Source: Gracilinanus agilis (taxonomy: Eukaryota). Taken from it: a stretch of DNA of 64,000 nucleotides. The position numbers were made by a program, and so were the translations under genes. Where the stretch lies: contig NC_058133.1 in the NCBI RefSeq assembly GCF_016433145.1, positions 514,812,065 through 514,876,064 on the forward strand. The letters are read 5' to 3'. Each line of letters begins with the position of its first letter. Positions within the stretch are counted from its first letter, which is position 1. Shown one piece after another: positions 1-11,990 of the stretch. Below the pieces are notes generated by a model that was given only the letters and a program-made list of their open reading frames with translations, made no database searches and was not told the origin of the DNA.

Positions 1-263
1 CGAGTCAGAGTTGGAACACAGAGTCTGAGGTTTAGCCTGGAGCTTTACTATCATACGTATTACAATATATCATTGTCACTATTTTTCAGATGAAGATTCT
101 AAGGATCATAGAATTAAAGTGAGTTGCCCATAGTCACACAAGTAAGCAAATTCCAGAGTTGGAATTTGCACTAATGTCTTCCTGAATCCAAGTCTATGTT
201 TTGGATCAGTATCCAGTATCAGGTCTTGCTACTGCAGAGAATAAAAGAACTTGGTGCAGTTCT

Positions 264-1265
264 TTAAGGACTCCATCCTGACTTCTGTCTCCTTAGAAAA
301 TGCCAGATTGTCCTTAGAAGCATCAAAAGAACTTGTAGATGACTTCCTTTCTGGTAGCACCTTGTCTTCCACCACAGCCTTAGGACAACCTTCCTTAGCT
401 TGCTATTCCACGGAATCAGGATCAGTGAGTGGCCAAAGGGATAGAGCAACATGACTGATATACCCAGTATAGAAAGCATCTTACTCTTACCCAGTACATA
501 ACTCCAGTAGTTAAGAAAAAAACCTATATGGTACAATAAAAAGAGGATGAGGAAGGAAGACATAGTTTTCATGGCTCGAACATGGGCTTCTATGTTAGGG
601 TCCCTGGAACCTGTGGCATTCAGCTGCATCTGCTGGGTATGCCTCCATAGGGAGAAATTGAATAAGGATAATGAGACTAGAGTCAGAGCAAAAGGGATAA
701 GACCCAGCAAGCTGAAGAGAAGCTGGAACATGATAAGCATAGTTTTATTCTCTTGGACCTCCTGAGAAACATTTCTCTCTCTTTCTCTTGAAAGGTTGCT
801 GGCATAGTAATACATTCTCTCCATCATTGGAAAGCCTAAGAAAAAAGAAATTATCAAAGGCCCTCCAAGAAGCATGTAGATGATCCTGTTAATTCTCCAT
901 TTCATCCAGAGAAATAAGGGATTAGAAAAGTTAGCAATCTTTAAAAAGTAGAAGATGCTGAGGACAGTGGCAAACCAAATACTTGAATTGTGCATCAGCA
1001 TCAATAAGATGTCAACTATTCTTACTCTATCCGTGGTGGCTACATAAAGACCATTTATAAATAAATAGGAATTCCACATTATCACACACAATAGTCCAAT
1101 TCTGGAGATAGCCAAGCCAACCAGGATGAGATCACTTGTTGACAGTGTCTTGCTCCTGACCCAGTCAATGCAGTTCACCATTGCTATAAATCCATTCAGC
1201 AGAATGCCCAATATAAATTCACCAGTTACCAGAACCATTAAGATCTTCTCTCCAGTATCTGGCAT
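264..1265 (-). CDS. TAS2R: Bitter taste receptor type 2, intact and intronless, 333 aa
   Basis: Family motifs GEFILGILLNGFI, NCIDWV, LAISRIGLL, FYFLKIANFSNPLFLWMKWRI, SLWRHTQQMQLNATGSRDP, EAHVRAMK, YPFGHSLILI; ECL2 sequon NVS. Ortholog number not assignable by eye. Confidence 0.96.
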   Translation of the reverse strand: MPDTGEKILMVLVTGEFILGILLNGFIAMVNCIDWVRSKTLSTSDLILVGLAISRIGLLCVIMWNSYLFINGLYVATTDRVRIVDILLMLMHNSSIWFATVLSIFYFLKIANFSNPLFLWMKWRINRIIYMLLGGPLIISFFLGFPMMERMYYYASNLSRERERNVSQEVQENKTMLIMFQLLFSLLGLIPFALTLVSLSLFNFSLWRHTQQMQLNATGSRDPNIEAHVRAMKTMSSFLILFLLYHIGFFLNYWSYVLGKSKMLSILGISVMLLYPFGHSLILIPWNSKLRKVVLRLWWKTRCYQKGSHLQVLLMLLRTIWHFLRRQKSGWSP

Positions 1266-1289
1266 GTTAGAAGAAAGGAAATCACTTGG

Positions 1290-1490
1290 GAAGTTACAAA
1301 TACTTATGCTATTTCTGATGCTACTGATTAATTTCTAGGTACAATGAGTATAGAATATGTGCCTCTGATACTTGGTGATGCAAAATTTTCTTCTCTGACT
1401 TTAATGTAGTTTCTGTCTTGGGCAAGAAAATGTTAGTATCCCCTGTTAGAATATCTTAAATAAGATATCCTCAGTGCTTTCCCAACAGCT
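1290..1490 (-). promoter_or_regulatory. Candidate proximal regulatory block shared by TAS2R paralogs
   Basis: Aligns by eye with 8600-8800 and 54100-54260; function is inferred, not shown. Confidence 0.45.
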
Positions 1491-1517
1491 CAATTACATC
1501 TGTCCACCCAAGTCACA

Positions 1518-1520
<3 letters not shown>

Positions 1521-1586
<66 letters not shown>
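1521..1586. repeat. (TC)33 microsatellite
   Basis: Perfect dinucleotide run ~255 bp upstream of the TAS2R start at 1265. Confidence 0.97.
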
Positions 1587-1592
<6 letters not shown>

Positions 1593-2004
1593 ATTTCCTC
1601 TGGAGAGATAACCCTGAAAAGGATTGGAGTCCTATACATGATGCAAAACAGGGAGAGGTCACATTTCAATATTTTTCTATGTGTCTGAGCCTATTTTGTT
1701 TACAAACACATGAGCTGTTATGATGAGACTCATTCAATGTTAAACAACATGAGGGAATGTAACAAAGGCCTAAATGTAAAGATGTTGTTTCATCTCCATC
1801 ATCATCCCCACCATTCTAGCTATTGAGGTAACCGCTAATTATTTATAAAATCAAACACACACTGGATATTTCTAGTAAATCATTTTTAGGTTTGAAGATT
1901 ATAAATGAATTGCAAAAGAATGAACTATTGATCTCATTAGTTGACACTCAAATGAAATAGCTTTCTTCCAGTTTTCAGGGTAACTTGAACAACTGTTGCC
2001 AAAG

Positions 2005-2530
2005 CTGTTGTTCATCTTTTGCTTTTGAAAAGGACCAGTGACATCACTGGTGATATCTTTTCCCTTGTACACAAATTAGACTTAAGGGAGACAGAGTTGC
2101 ACAGCATCATCCACCTTGTTTTCCCTTCCAGAGTCATCAAAGTCCAATGACTGAAGATGACTGGTGATGGTACAGGAAAGTTCAGTGGACGACCTTGGCA
2201 TCTTCAATGTCTCACCAATCTCTAAGCATTCCACAGCATCTTTTTTAGCTGCCTTCATTTCTGTTAGAAAAAATTGTTCTCATTCCACTGGGAGAAATCT
2301 TCACATGCTTAGGACAGATATCCCTATGTCAGTGATAGATTTGAGGAGGTCTATCAATTACACTCAGCATGGTTTAGCCCAGCTGCCAGGATTGTTTTAC
2401 TAGAGTGTGACCACAGTGCCTATTAGAGCCACAGGTAAGAGCTGGGTAGTAGGGGAAAACCAAAGGAGGAAATCAATCCAGAAAATGGTTTGTAAACCTT
2501 CACACAAGAGGTGCTAGTCTTCCCTGAACA
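2005..2530 (+). mobile_element. Marsupial RTE-related SINE-like element (WALLSI/RTESINE-type; exact family uncertain)
   Basis: Starts ttgttcatc...tttgaaaaggaccagtgacatca; homologous to copies at ~2690, ~28690 and ~31200. Confidence 0.65.
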
Positions 2531-2689
2531 TCCTGTACACTGCATGTATCATGCTAATTCTATAATAAAGAATTTTTATAATATAATTTATAATAAAGAA
2601 TTTCGTGCCCTTACAGTCAGGCACAAAAGCAGGAACTGTTTGCCAACTATCACCTTTTTGCTGAGTTCTGTATCTTTTCCCTTGAGTCT

Positions 2690-3190
2690 TGGCTTTTGAG
2701 AGCATGAATTGGATTGAAGTGAGGCAGAGTTGTGTGAAGTCATCAGCCTCAGGCTCTCTTCCAGAGTCACTGGGGTCCAGTGGCAAGGCAAAAGGTAAAA
2801 TAACTGGTGATGCTCAAGATGCAGTGGATGAATTTGGCTTCATCAATATCTAATCAAGTTCTAAGCACTCCCCAGTGCCTACTTCTACAACCTTCAGGGC
2901 CCATTGGAACAAATTGTTCACATCCACCTATTCCACTGGGTAAGTCTTCACTTGCTTGGGTTAGTCATCCCACTAACTCATTGAATGGTTTGAGGCCTTT
3001 CACTTACCCTCAACCTGGTTTAGCCCATCTTCAAAGGCAATTTTATTGGGGTATGGCCATGCACATGTATGGATGGCTCTTGGGGCCAAAGTGAGAGCTA
3101 GTTGATAAGTGAATATTAAAGAAAAAAAACTCTTTAAAAAAGAGATGAAGGAGCCCTCTTGCCAGAGACACTAGCATTCCTTGATTATCC
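2690..3190 (+). mobile_element. Second copy of the RTE-related SINE-like element (5' end degraded)
   Basis: Shares ccagagtca...gtccagtggc, aaattgttc, ggtttagccc and gtgctagtc/cactagcattcc blocks with 2005-2530. Confidence 0.6.
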
Positions 3191-3964
3191 CATATATCTC
3201 TGATTTATGAGCAATATAAACTTAGAGACAAGATAATAATAATTCACATTTATCTTATATATTATATATATAATATAACATAAATATTAAGTTTTCCAAA
3301 GTACATTCTTTCCAATAAATTGTGGACTACTTTTTCTCCTCTTGACAGATAAGGGAACAGGTTCAAAGAGGTGAGACAACATATCTGAAGATTTCAAAAT
3401 TAAAAGTCTGAACTAGGATTTTGACCCAGATATATACTGATGGACAGTTAATAAGTAGAAATAGTCACCTACTTAAAGGTCAATTAATTTGTTATAAACT
3501 TATTTGTTATATTATTTATATTTGTCATAAGCTTAATATTAAACAGCACTTATGAAAAAAAGCTATTCATGGCCCTAAAGATTTTACTTCCTTGACCAAG
3601 ATTTCATAATTCTATGATTTAAAAAGAAATCATATAATAATTTATTACTATAATAGAAACAATTAAAGTTTTAATTAGATTAATACAAAACAGAAAAGAG
3701 TTTTAAAATGTTTGTGTTTAGTTAAAAGCACTCAAAATTAATTAGAAATAATATCAAAATTAGGGGGGTGGTATTGTCAAGTGGAATTCAAATCACGGAC
3801 AAGATGGCAGACATTTGTTGCCACTAAGAATGAAAAGAAGGAAAAGATGAGAGATGTGGAAGGAGAATGGAGGGAAGATTACTATTTCAATTGCTTCTCC
3901 TCAACACTTACTTTCATTCCTACTATTACAATTCTAGATCAAGTTGTTCATATTGATTATTTTT

Positions 3965-4150
3965 AACATTACATTTTTTTAATTCATAACTTAGTATCAA
4001 TTCTAAGACAGAAGAGTGGCAAGGGCTGGGCAATTGGGATTAAGTGACTTCCCCAGGATCACACAGCTAGGATGTTTCTAAGGCCAGATTTGAACACAGA
4101 TCCTGACTCCAGGCCTGCTGCTCTATCTAGTGTGCTACCTTGCTGCCCCT
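3965..4150 (-). mobile_element. tRNA-derived CORE-SINE, older copy
   Basis: aagtgacttccccaggatcacacagcta...gatttgaac...gctgcccct, with a T-rich tail on the left. Confidence 0.8.
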
Positions 4151-4455
4151 ACATTTGCTTTTTAACTGGGGGTCTCTCTCTTGAGTTTTATTTCCACATA
4201 ATTCACTGATGCATCTAAATTGCTGAAGTCATCTTCTCTGTCCAGTCCTTACACTACTCCTTAGCTCAAGTAACTTCCTTGTTGTCAACAGAATAAAGTT
4301 CCTAACATTGAGTCTGGCCTTGAAGACTTGCCATGACTTGGATCCAGATGTACATTTGTTCCATCAGCTAAAAAAAGATCAGATAATGGAATGATGACAT
4401 GTGGGTGCAAAACACTGGAGGATAATAGAATGCTGATTCATCTCATCAATGAAAT

Positions 4456-4458
<3 letters not shown>

Positions 4459-4487
<29 letters not shown>
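4459..4487. repeat. (AC)n microsatellite
   Basis: Direct reading. Confidence 0.95.
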
Positions 4488-4489
<2 letters not shown>

Positions 4490-4529
4490 TTAGTGAATAT
4501 TAACCTTGAACTAGAACTTTAACATACTT

Positions 4530-6950
4530 CAGAACTTGTTTTGATTTGTATCGCTCTCCTTATTAATGTTTTGGAGATTTTTTCATGTCATGAATACTTT
4601 GCAGTTCTTTTGAGAACTATTTGCTTATGTCCTTTGACCAAATGTCTATTACGAATTGGCTATTAGTCATATTTATTAGTTGTTTATATATCTTGGATAT
4701 CTAATGCTGATCAGAGGAATTTTATGCATATTTTTTTTCTGTTTTGATCACTTTCCTCCATGTCTATGCATTAATGTTGTATAGGTAGAAGCTTTCCATG
4801 ATCAAATCCCTCTTCTGCTGTATACATAGCATTATGGTACTTCAGCTACTTTACTTTTGAATCTCTTCCCTCAGCTGTGATCCTTCTTCTCATTGATATC
4901 CCTCCTCCTTCCCAACCCTCTTTATTATCCATCTTTTCTTTCTGTTTACTACAGGACTTCATTCTCTGGTTCGTGAGCCCTGTCATTATCTGGAGTCTCT
5001 TTTTTCTCTATATTCTTCCTGCAGTAAAAACTTCCAATGAATCTATTCTAGGATCACCCCACTAGGTACTTTCTGGCACTTCCTCATAGGAATCCTCATA
5101 TTATTTTCTCTTTATCATTGTGCCTTACTTCCAGAACAATGTCAGTTTTTGCAGGAGTCAAAGAGAATTCTGCTTTAAGGCAGGACTCTCTTCCCCACCA
5201 CACTCTCTTTCTGTATTTATTCATTCCTCTCACATTTCTGGTCTGGGGGGCATTCTAGAGATAACAAATCTCTTTGGTTCTAGTTTTCTTTGCAAAAATC
5301 TTTCAACCTCTTCTTTCTTATTGAATGTTCATCTTTGTCATGTATGTTTAAACTCAGATTAAATGATAGGTTAGCCTGGGTCATATCCTGAGCTCCACTG
5401 ATCTTTGGAATGCATTATCCCAATCCTTCCTCCTTTTTCTGGTGAGTACAGAATAATCTTGCATTATTTGAATGCCCTTTCCTACATATTTAAAAATAAA
5501 TTTTCCTGATGTTTTGCAAAACTTGTTTCTGAATTAGATTATTAAATCCAACTAGTATGTGTCTTGGAGTTTGTAGCACTTTAATATTTTCTGGAGCCAA
5601 TCTGTGAATTCTTTCCATTGAAATTTCATTTGCTATTTTAGGCATTCTGGAAGTTTTCTTTTCTACTTCATTATGGTGTGAAATTTTTTTTTGTCTTTTC
5701 ATGTTCTGGAAGACTTATGATTCTTAGTTTGTCTCTACACATCCTGCCTTCAGTGTATTTTATCATGGAAGGAGCATATTTTCTTCCATTTTTTTTACTC
5801 TCTTTTTCTAGGTTGTCTTTTACTTCTGTATATCTGCATTCTCATGTATCTCATATGTTCTTTCCTCTGTTCCTTTGGAAACTTGACAATGAAAATTTAA
5901 GTTTTTCAATTCTGCTTATCATTTTTGCTGAACAGAACATAAATTCTGTTTTCATAATTCTCATTTTTCTTTTGAATCTCTCAGGAATAGCAGAGCTGTT
6001 AGTCTCAGTAGGTGTTAGATAATTTTACCTGATTATGGAATATTTATTAATAGACACATGGACTCATTTACTAGCTATGGAGACCTTATTTCTTCCTGCT
6101 GTTTTTTTTCTGTTGGTTTATTTGTTTATTTTTAAGGTCTTTGAATTTTTTTCTTCCTGAAATATTTGGTAATTTCAAAATCTCTGACCTCTTTACTTTC
6201 CTTATCACTCATTTTCTGACTCCTGCCTCTCTGATTTTTATTTCCTTAGGGGCTAGATAGATCTCAAAGCCTCTCAGTCTCCTACACTAGGCAATTCATG
6301 GTTCCTCAGTCTAGGTCTCTTCTTCAAATGATTTTTGAGTGTCAGAACTGGCCCTAGTTGGTTACTGTGCTCTTTCCCTCTTCACAACACCTCTAATATG
6401 CAGAGTGTCCTTTAATAGTGACCTGTCACATTCTCTGTTTCTTAGTTCTTTGACCTGGCACCTGTAGTTCAAAACTGATTTTCCCTGGTTTGGACAGATC
6501 AGGGTTCTATAGCTCTGGTGCTTCTGGGTTTCAGCCCCAGTAGACTTTTGTTCATGAAGGGCTATATCCAAACTATCTGTTTAGGCCTAAGAAAACTTCT
6601 GTAACCTAGAGCAAGGATTCTCAAGAGAAAAGGGGGACGGGGGTATAGGGATGAGTTTTGATTTAAGCTTGTGTCTTGTCCTTAGGTAAGCTAGTGAAGC
6701 TTCACTATTGCTAGCATGGGAGGTGGGGTAGGGCTGCAGACTGAGCTCAGAGTCAGTGAGCATCAGTTTCTGGGTTTTTTTGTCATTGTTTTTACCTTCT
6801 TTTGGATTCTGGATGTTCTAGGTCATGGAGATTGCTAAAGTTTCTTTATCTTTGGTACATAATTTCTTTTTTTGAGAAATTGGGGAGGTCATGTAGATCC
6901 AGGAAAATATTTAGTCTACCTTTTTATTACTCTTGTAACCCAAAACTCCC
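4530..6950 (-). mobile_element. Old L1 remnants (ORF1 C-terminal part and flanking segments)
   Basis: Minus-strand ORF 5490-5702 reads ISMERIHR...TPRHILVGF...QKQVLQNIRK, typical of decayed L1 ORF1p. Confidence 0.7.
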
Positions 6951-7580
6951 AAGAATTCACACAATCAGTATATCAATTAAATTGCATTTATTCAGATTAA
7001 ATCAAAAGCAACTGACAATTTTCAAAAGTCAAATCAAAGAGACTGATATTTATTAAGAGCTGAATCTTTAGTTCTTCTCCAGTCTTATTTACTAGGTCTT
7101 CCCCTCTTCTTACCACAGATACACAGATGCACCCCAAAGTCTATCTTATTAAGCAGTGCTTGGTCCAAAGACTATAAAATTGGGAGACAAAAACAGCAAA
7201 GGATTCCAACATCTGGATGCTTTTGTGGTGGTTTCCATTATGAACTTCTGGCTGGTATCCAATATATCTCAGAGCCAGTACTTTCTCAGTGAGTGTCTGG
7301 TAATTAAGTATGTCAGGGGAAAAGAGTCACCTTCCAGTGAATTCAGGTGGCTAGCTGGAATACAAGATGAGATAAGATCCTGAGGGTGAGGGTGGCATAA
7401 AATGCTATACTCTTTGAAAATCACACTAGGACTATAGTACTAGCCCAGCCTCGTAATTTTAAATTGACTAATTAACTGAATCTGTGCTCAGTGGTTTTAC
7501 AGCTCTAATGAGGAAATGATCCTGGAGAATGCCCTTGAAGAACTCCATGCCAAATTCTTTTTTCTTGAGGAAATATAAGG

Positions 7581-8549
7581 TCATCCTGAAGTGTGTTTAC
7601 AGGACCAAGGAAGTATTTCAGTTCTTCCTTTCAGGTATCCCTTCATCTTTTTTAACATCTTCAGGATGGTTTGTCTCAGTTTGCTGTTCCCCATAATCAG
7701 GATCAATGAATGGCCTAAAGGATACAGACCCATAATAGCCAAACTAAATAAAGCAGCCACACTTTTCTCTTTCATCCTTTGACTTGATTGACCAGTGAAG
7801 ATGCCTATATAGTATAGAAAAAAAAGGATGAGGAAAGAGAACATGATTTTCATGGCTTGAATATGGGCCTCCATACTGGGATCTCTGGATCCTGTGGTAT
7901 TGAGTTGCATCTGCTGATTGTGCCTCCATAGTGACAGGACTAGCAGGAAACAGGAGATCAGAGACAAAGCAAAGGGAAGAAGACTCATTAGGTTAAAGGA
8001 AATCTGGAAAATGAGTAATCGATTTTCACTCCTTGAGTCTTCTTGGGATAAATTTCTCTTGCTTCCAAGAAAGAACAGATTCTGATAGTTAACATACCAT
8101 TCCCAAAAGAATACAGATAAAATAGGTAAGGCAATGAGAAAATGTCCTCCATGCAATATGAAGACCACCCTACTGATTCTCCATTTCAGCCAGAGGAAGA
8201 TGGAGTGGGAGAAGTTAGCAATCTTAAGGAAGTAGAAGATGCTGAGGCAAGAAGCAAACCAAACACTTGAGAAGTGGCTAAATAGCCACAAGATACGAAT
8301 AAGGATCATTTCACCTACCACTAAGTCATGTGAAAATAATAACTGTTCAAAGATGATCAGTGATGTTAAACAGAGTAGAAAGATTCTGGAGATGGCCAAG
8401 TTGAGGAGGATGAGGTCCACCGTCGATAATTTCTTATATTTGATCCAGTTAATACAGTTCACTACTGCTGTGAAGGCATTCACAAGAAGTCCCATTAGGA
8501 ACTCACCAACTACCAGAACCAACAAGATTTTCTCACTGACTCTTAACAT
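7581..8549 (-). CDS. TAS2R: Bitter taste receptor type 2, intact, 322 aa from the ATG at 8549
   Basis: MLRVSEKILLVLVVGEF..., [77 protein letters not shown]; sequon NLS. The ORF-track start at 8630 is TTG; the ATG at 8549 aligns with the paralog starts. Confidence 0.96.
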   Translation of the reverse strand: MLRVSEKILLVLVVGEFLMGLLVNAFTAVVNCINWIKYKKLSTVDLILLNLAISRIFLLCLTSLIIFEQLLFSHDLVVGEMILIRILWLFSHFSSVWFASCLSIFYFLKIANFSHSIFLWLKWRISRVVFILHGGHFLIALPILSVFFWEWYVNYQNLFFLGSKRNLSQEDSRSENRLLIFQISFNLMSLLPFALSLISCFLLVLSLWRHNQQMQLNTTGSRDPSMEAHIQAMKIMFSFLILFFLYYIGIFTGQSSQRMKEKSVAALFSLAIMGLYPLGHSLILIMGNSKLRQTILKMLKKMKGYLKGRTEILPWSCKHTSG

Positions 8550-9869
8550 GCTGGTAGAGAAGTGAATATTTAGGAAATTATAATTATTTCTAATCATTGA
8601 GTCTGTTCCTGCTACTGGATTAATTTCCAATCAAACAGAACATGGAGAGATATATGTCTCTATAATATTTCTGAAACTTGACAATGAAATATTTTATCTC
8701 CGTCTCTTTACAGTGGTTTCTACCTGGGACCAGAAAATGGCCAGCCCTGTTTGGGGATCTTACTGAGAATCACAGTAATTCCTTCCAACAACCCTCTTAA
8801 ATCCATTCAACCCTGGTGTAATCTTCAGCATTTGCATTTCCTCTTACATGGTGACCTGGGAAAGGTGGAAAGAACATTTGCTAAGATGCAAATGTAGGAC
8901 AGTTTCTCTTTCAATGCCCTGCTCTTCCTGCTAAGGTAAATTTGTATCCAATCACTTTATCTATGGATGATGAGCATCATGCAACAGTCTAAAACATGAG
9001 ACAAGACTTAATTGAGGAAGTGAAGTATGATCACTTTCATCATCATCATTATCATCATTGGTATCATCAAAAGTGACCTTAATCCTGATTTAGTATAAAT
9101 CATGGTCAAGATGAGTCTTTGTATTAAATCAGTTTTTGGTTTGAATATTAACAATGAATTGATGTTGTGAAGACAGAACAATGTGGACAATTCAATTTCT
9201 AAAAAAAAAATAGCTCTCTTTTCTTTTGTTAACTAGGTTCAATATTTAAAACAGACATAGGATGCTAAAGTAGAGTTCACTCCATTCAGGCAAAATCAAG
9301 AATAACAGAAAAATATTGGAAAATAAATTAAATATATTTTTCTTCATAATATATATGAATGGTCTAAATTATTCTATTAAAAGAAAAAATTATAGAATAT
9401 ATCAGGAATAAAACCTAACCAATGTTACTTAAAGAAAATATATTTAAATGTAAAACCTGACAAATTACAAATAAGTAATTTTTAAGAAGCACCATTCAAA
9501 GCAATTACTTTTTATAATGTTAAATTTCAAATAATAAATACTAAAAGAGCCTGAGAAAAGCATCGTATTATCATAAAAATGAAATAATTAATAAAAGGGT
9601 AATAATACTAAAATTATATACACCAAATAATACAACAAAAGGCTTCATTAATTCATTAGCAGAATGTAAGAAATTAAAATATGAATAATGAATAAGCAAC
9701 AGTTCCAAATGATTTATTTGACAGTTGCATTGAATATATAGAAATAACTAAATGGAATAAATAAGCAACATACATTATTTTTTAAATCCTTCTGAAATAT
9801 CTAAAAGCCTAGGTAATATTCTGTTATACTTGCAACTAGAAATGACATATAAATGTATTTGTTTGTTTT

Positions 9870-11990
9870 TTAATTTTTAAAATTTATTTATAATATTTTT
9901 CCATGGTTCCATGATTCATGTTCTTTCCCTCCTGTCCTCCCTCCCCCTCCCAAAGCTAACAAGCAATTCCACTGGGTTATACATGTATCATTGTTCAAAA
10001 CCTATTTCCATGTTATTCATATTTGTAATAGAGTGATCTTTTAACACCAAAACTCTAATCATATCCCCATCAAACCATGTAATCGATTATATGTTTTTCC
10101 TCTGCATTTCTGCTCCCACAGTTCTTTCTCTGGATGTGGATACATTGTTTCTCTTAAGTTCCTCTGGACTGTCCTGAAGCATTGCATTGCTGCTAGTAGA
10201 GAAGTCAGTTACATTTGATTGTGCTACAATGTATCAGTCTCTGTGTACAATGTTCTCCTGTATGTTCTCCTTTCACTCTGTATCAATTCCTGGAGTTCTT
10301 TCAAGTTCACATGGAATTCCTCCAGTTCATTATTCCTTTCAGCACAATAGTATTCCATCACCATCAGATACCACAATTTGTTCAGCCATTTCCCAGTTGA
10401 AGGGCATCCCCTCATTTTCCAATTTTTTGCCACTACAAAGAGCGCAGCTATAAATATCTTTGTACAAGTCTTTTTTTTCCTTATTATCTCTTTGGGGTAC
10501 AAAGCCAGCAGTGGTATGGCTGGATCAAAGGGCAGATAGTAATTTAAAACCCTTTGGGCATGATTGCTCTTCAGAATGGTTGGATCAATTCACAGCTTCA
10601 CCAGGAATGTATTAGTGTCCCAATTTTGTCACAACCTCTCCAACATTTATTATTTTCTTTTACTGTCATATTGGTCAATCTGCTAGATGTGAGGTGGTAC
10701 CTCAGAGTTGTTTTGATTCATGTGCTTATTGATAGTTTGATTTCTTTATCTGAAAATTGATTATTCATGTCCCTTGCCCATTTATCAATTGGGGAATGGC
10801 TTGATTTTTTTTTTGTACAATTGGCTTAGGTCCTTGTAAATTTAATCAATTAGACCTTTGTCAGAGGTTTTTGTTATAAAGATTTTTTTCCCCAATTTGT
10901 TGCTTCCCTTCTAATTTTGGTTGCATTGGTACAAAACCTTTTTAATTTGATATAATCAAAGTCATCCATTTTACATTTTGTAATGTTCTCTATCTCTTAC
11001 TTGGTCTTAAATTCCTTCCTATCCCACAGATCTGACAGGTATACCATACTAAGTAAAAATAATTTATTTATGATTTCCCTCTTTATATTGAAGTCATTTA
11101 CCCATTCTGAATTTATGTTTGTATAAAGTGTGAAATGTTGACCTAAACTTAATTTTCCCCATACTGTTTTCCATTTTTCCCAGCAGTTTTGTCAAATAAT
11201 GAGTTCTTGTCCCAAAAGCTGGGCTCTTTGGGTTTATCATAGGCTGTCTTGCTGAGGTCACTTACCCCAAATCTATTCCCCTGATCCTCCCTTCTGTCTC
11301 TTAGTCAGTACCATATTGTTTTAATGACCACTGCTTTGTAGTATAGTTTAAGATCTGGTACTGCTAGGCCACCTTCCTTCATGTTTTTTTTTTATCATTT
11401 CCCTTGATATTCTTGATCTTTTGTTCTTCCAGATGAACTTTGTTATAATTTTTTCTAATTCTATAAAAAAGTTTTTTGGTAGTTTGATAGGTATAGTGCT
11501 GAATAAGTAAATTTGCTTGGGTAAGATTGCCATTTTTTAAATATTAGCTCTTCCTACCCATAAGCAATTAATGTTTCCCCAATTATTTAGATCTAGTTTT
11601 AATTGTGTAAAAAGTGTTTTTGTAGTTGTATTCATTCCTGTGTTTGTCTTGGAAGATGGATTTCTAAATATTTTGTATTGCCTAGAGCAGTGGTTCCCAA
11701 ACTTTTTTTGGCCTACTGCTCCTTTTACAGAAAAAATATTACTTAGTGTCCCCTGTCACATACTATCACTGCCCCCTTACAGTTATTCACTGCCCCCAAA
11801 TGCACCTGTGGCCATCACCGCCTTCCCTGGATCACTGCAGCACCCACCAGGGGGTGGTGGTGCCCACTTTGGGAATCACTGGTCTAGAGTGATTTTAAAC
11901 GGAGTTTTTCTTTCTACCTCCTGTTGCTGAGTTTTGTTGAAATATATTGAAATGCTGCTGATTTACGTGGGTTGATCTTGTACCCTACAA
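9870..11990 (-). mobile_element. L1 3' portion (ORF2 C-terminus and 3'UTR), 5'-truncated
   Basis: Minus ORFs KTCTKIFIAALFVVAKNWKMRGCPS and [23 protein letters not shown]; T-rich tail at ~9870. Confidence 0.92.
11688..11881 (+). mobile_element. hAT (Charlie-like) MITE inserted in L1
   Basis: TIRs cagtggttcccaaa / tttgggaatcactg; 8-bp TSD gcctagag/gtctagag. Confidence 0.92.

Noticed and set aside
251-1338. Short plus-strand ORFs overlapping TAS2R genes (also 8239-8565, 22549-22737, 53115-53339)
   Set aside because: These are antisense shadows of hydrophobic coding sequence, often with non-ATG starts and no independent evidence.
1451-1468. Inverted repeat atatctta-aa-taagatat upstream of the first gene
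   Set aside because: The 8-bp AT-rich arms are expected by chance, and the repeat is only partly retained in the paralog.
8550-8630. 349-aa version of the second receptor in the ORF track
   Set aside because: It starts at TTG, a non-canonical start for a mammal; paralog alignment supports the ATG at 8549.
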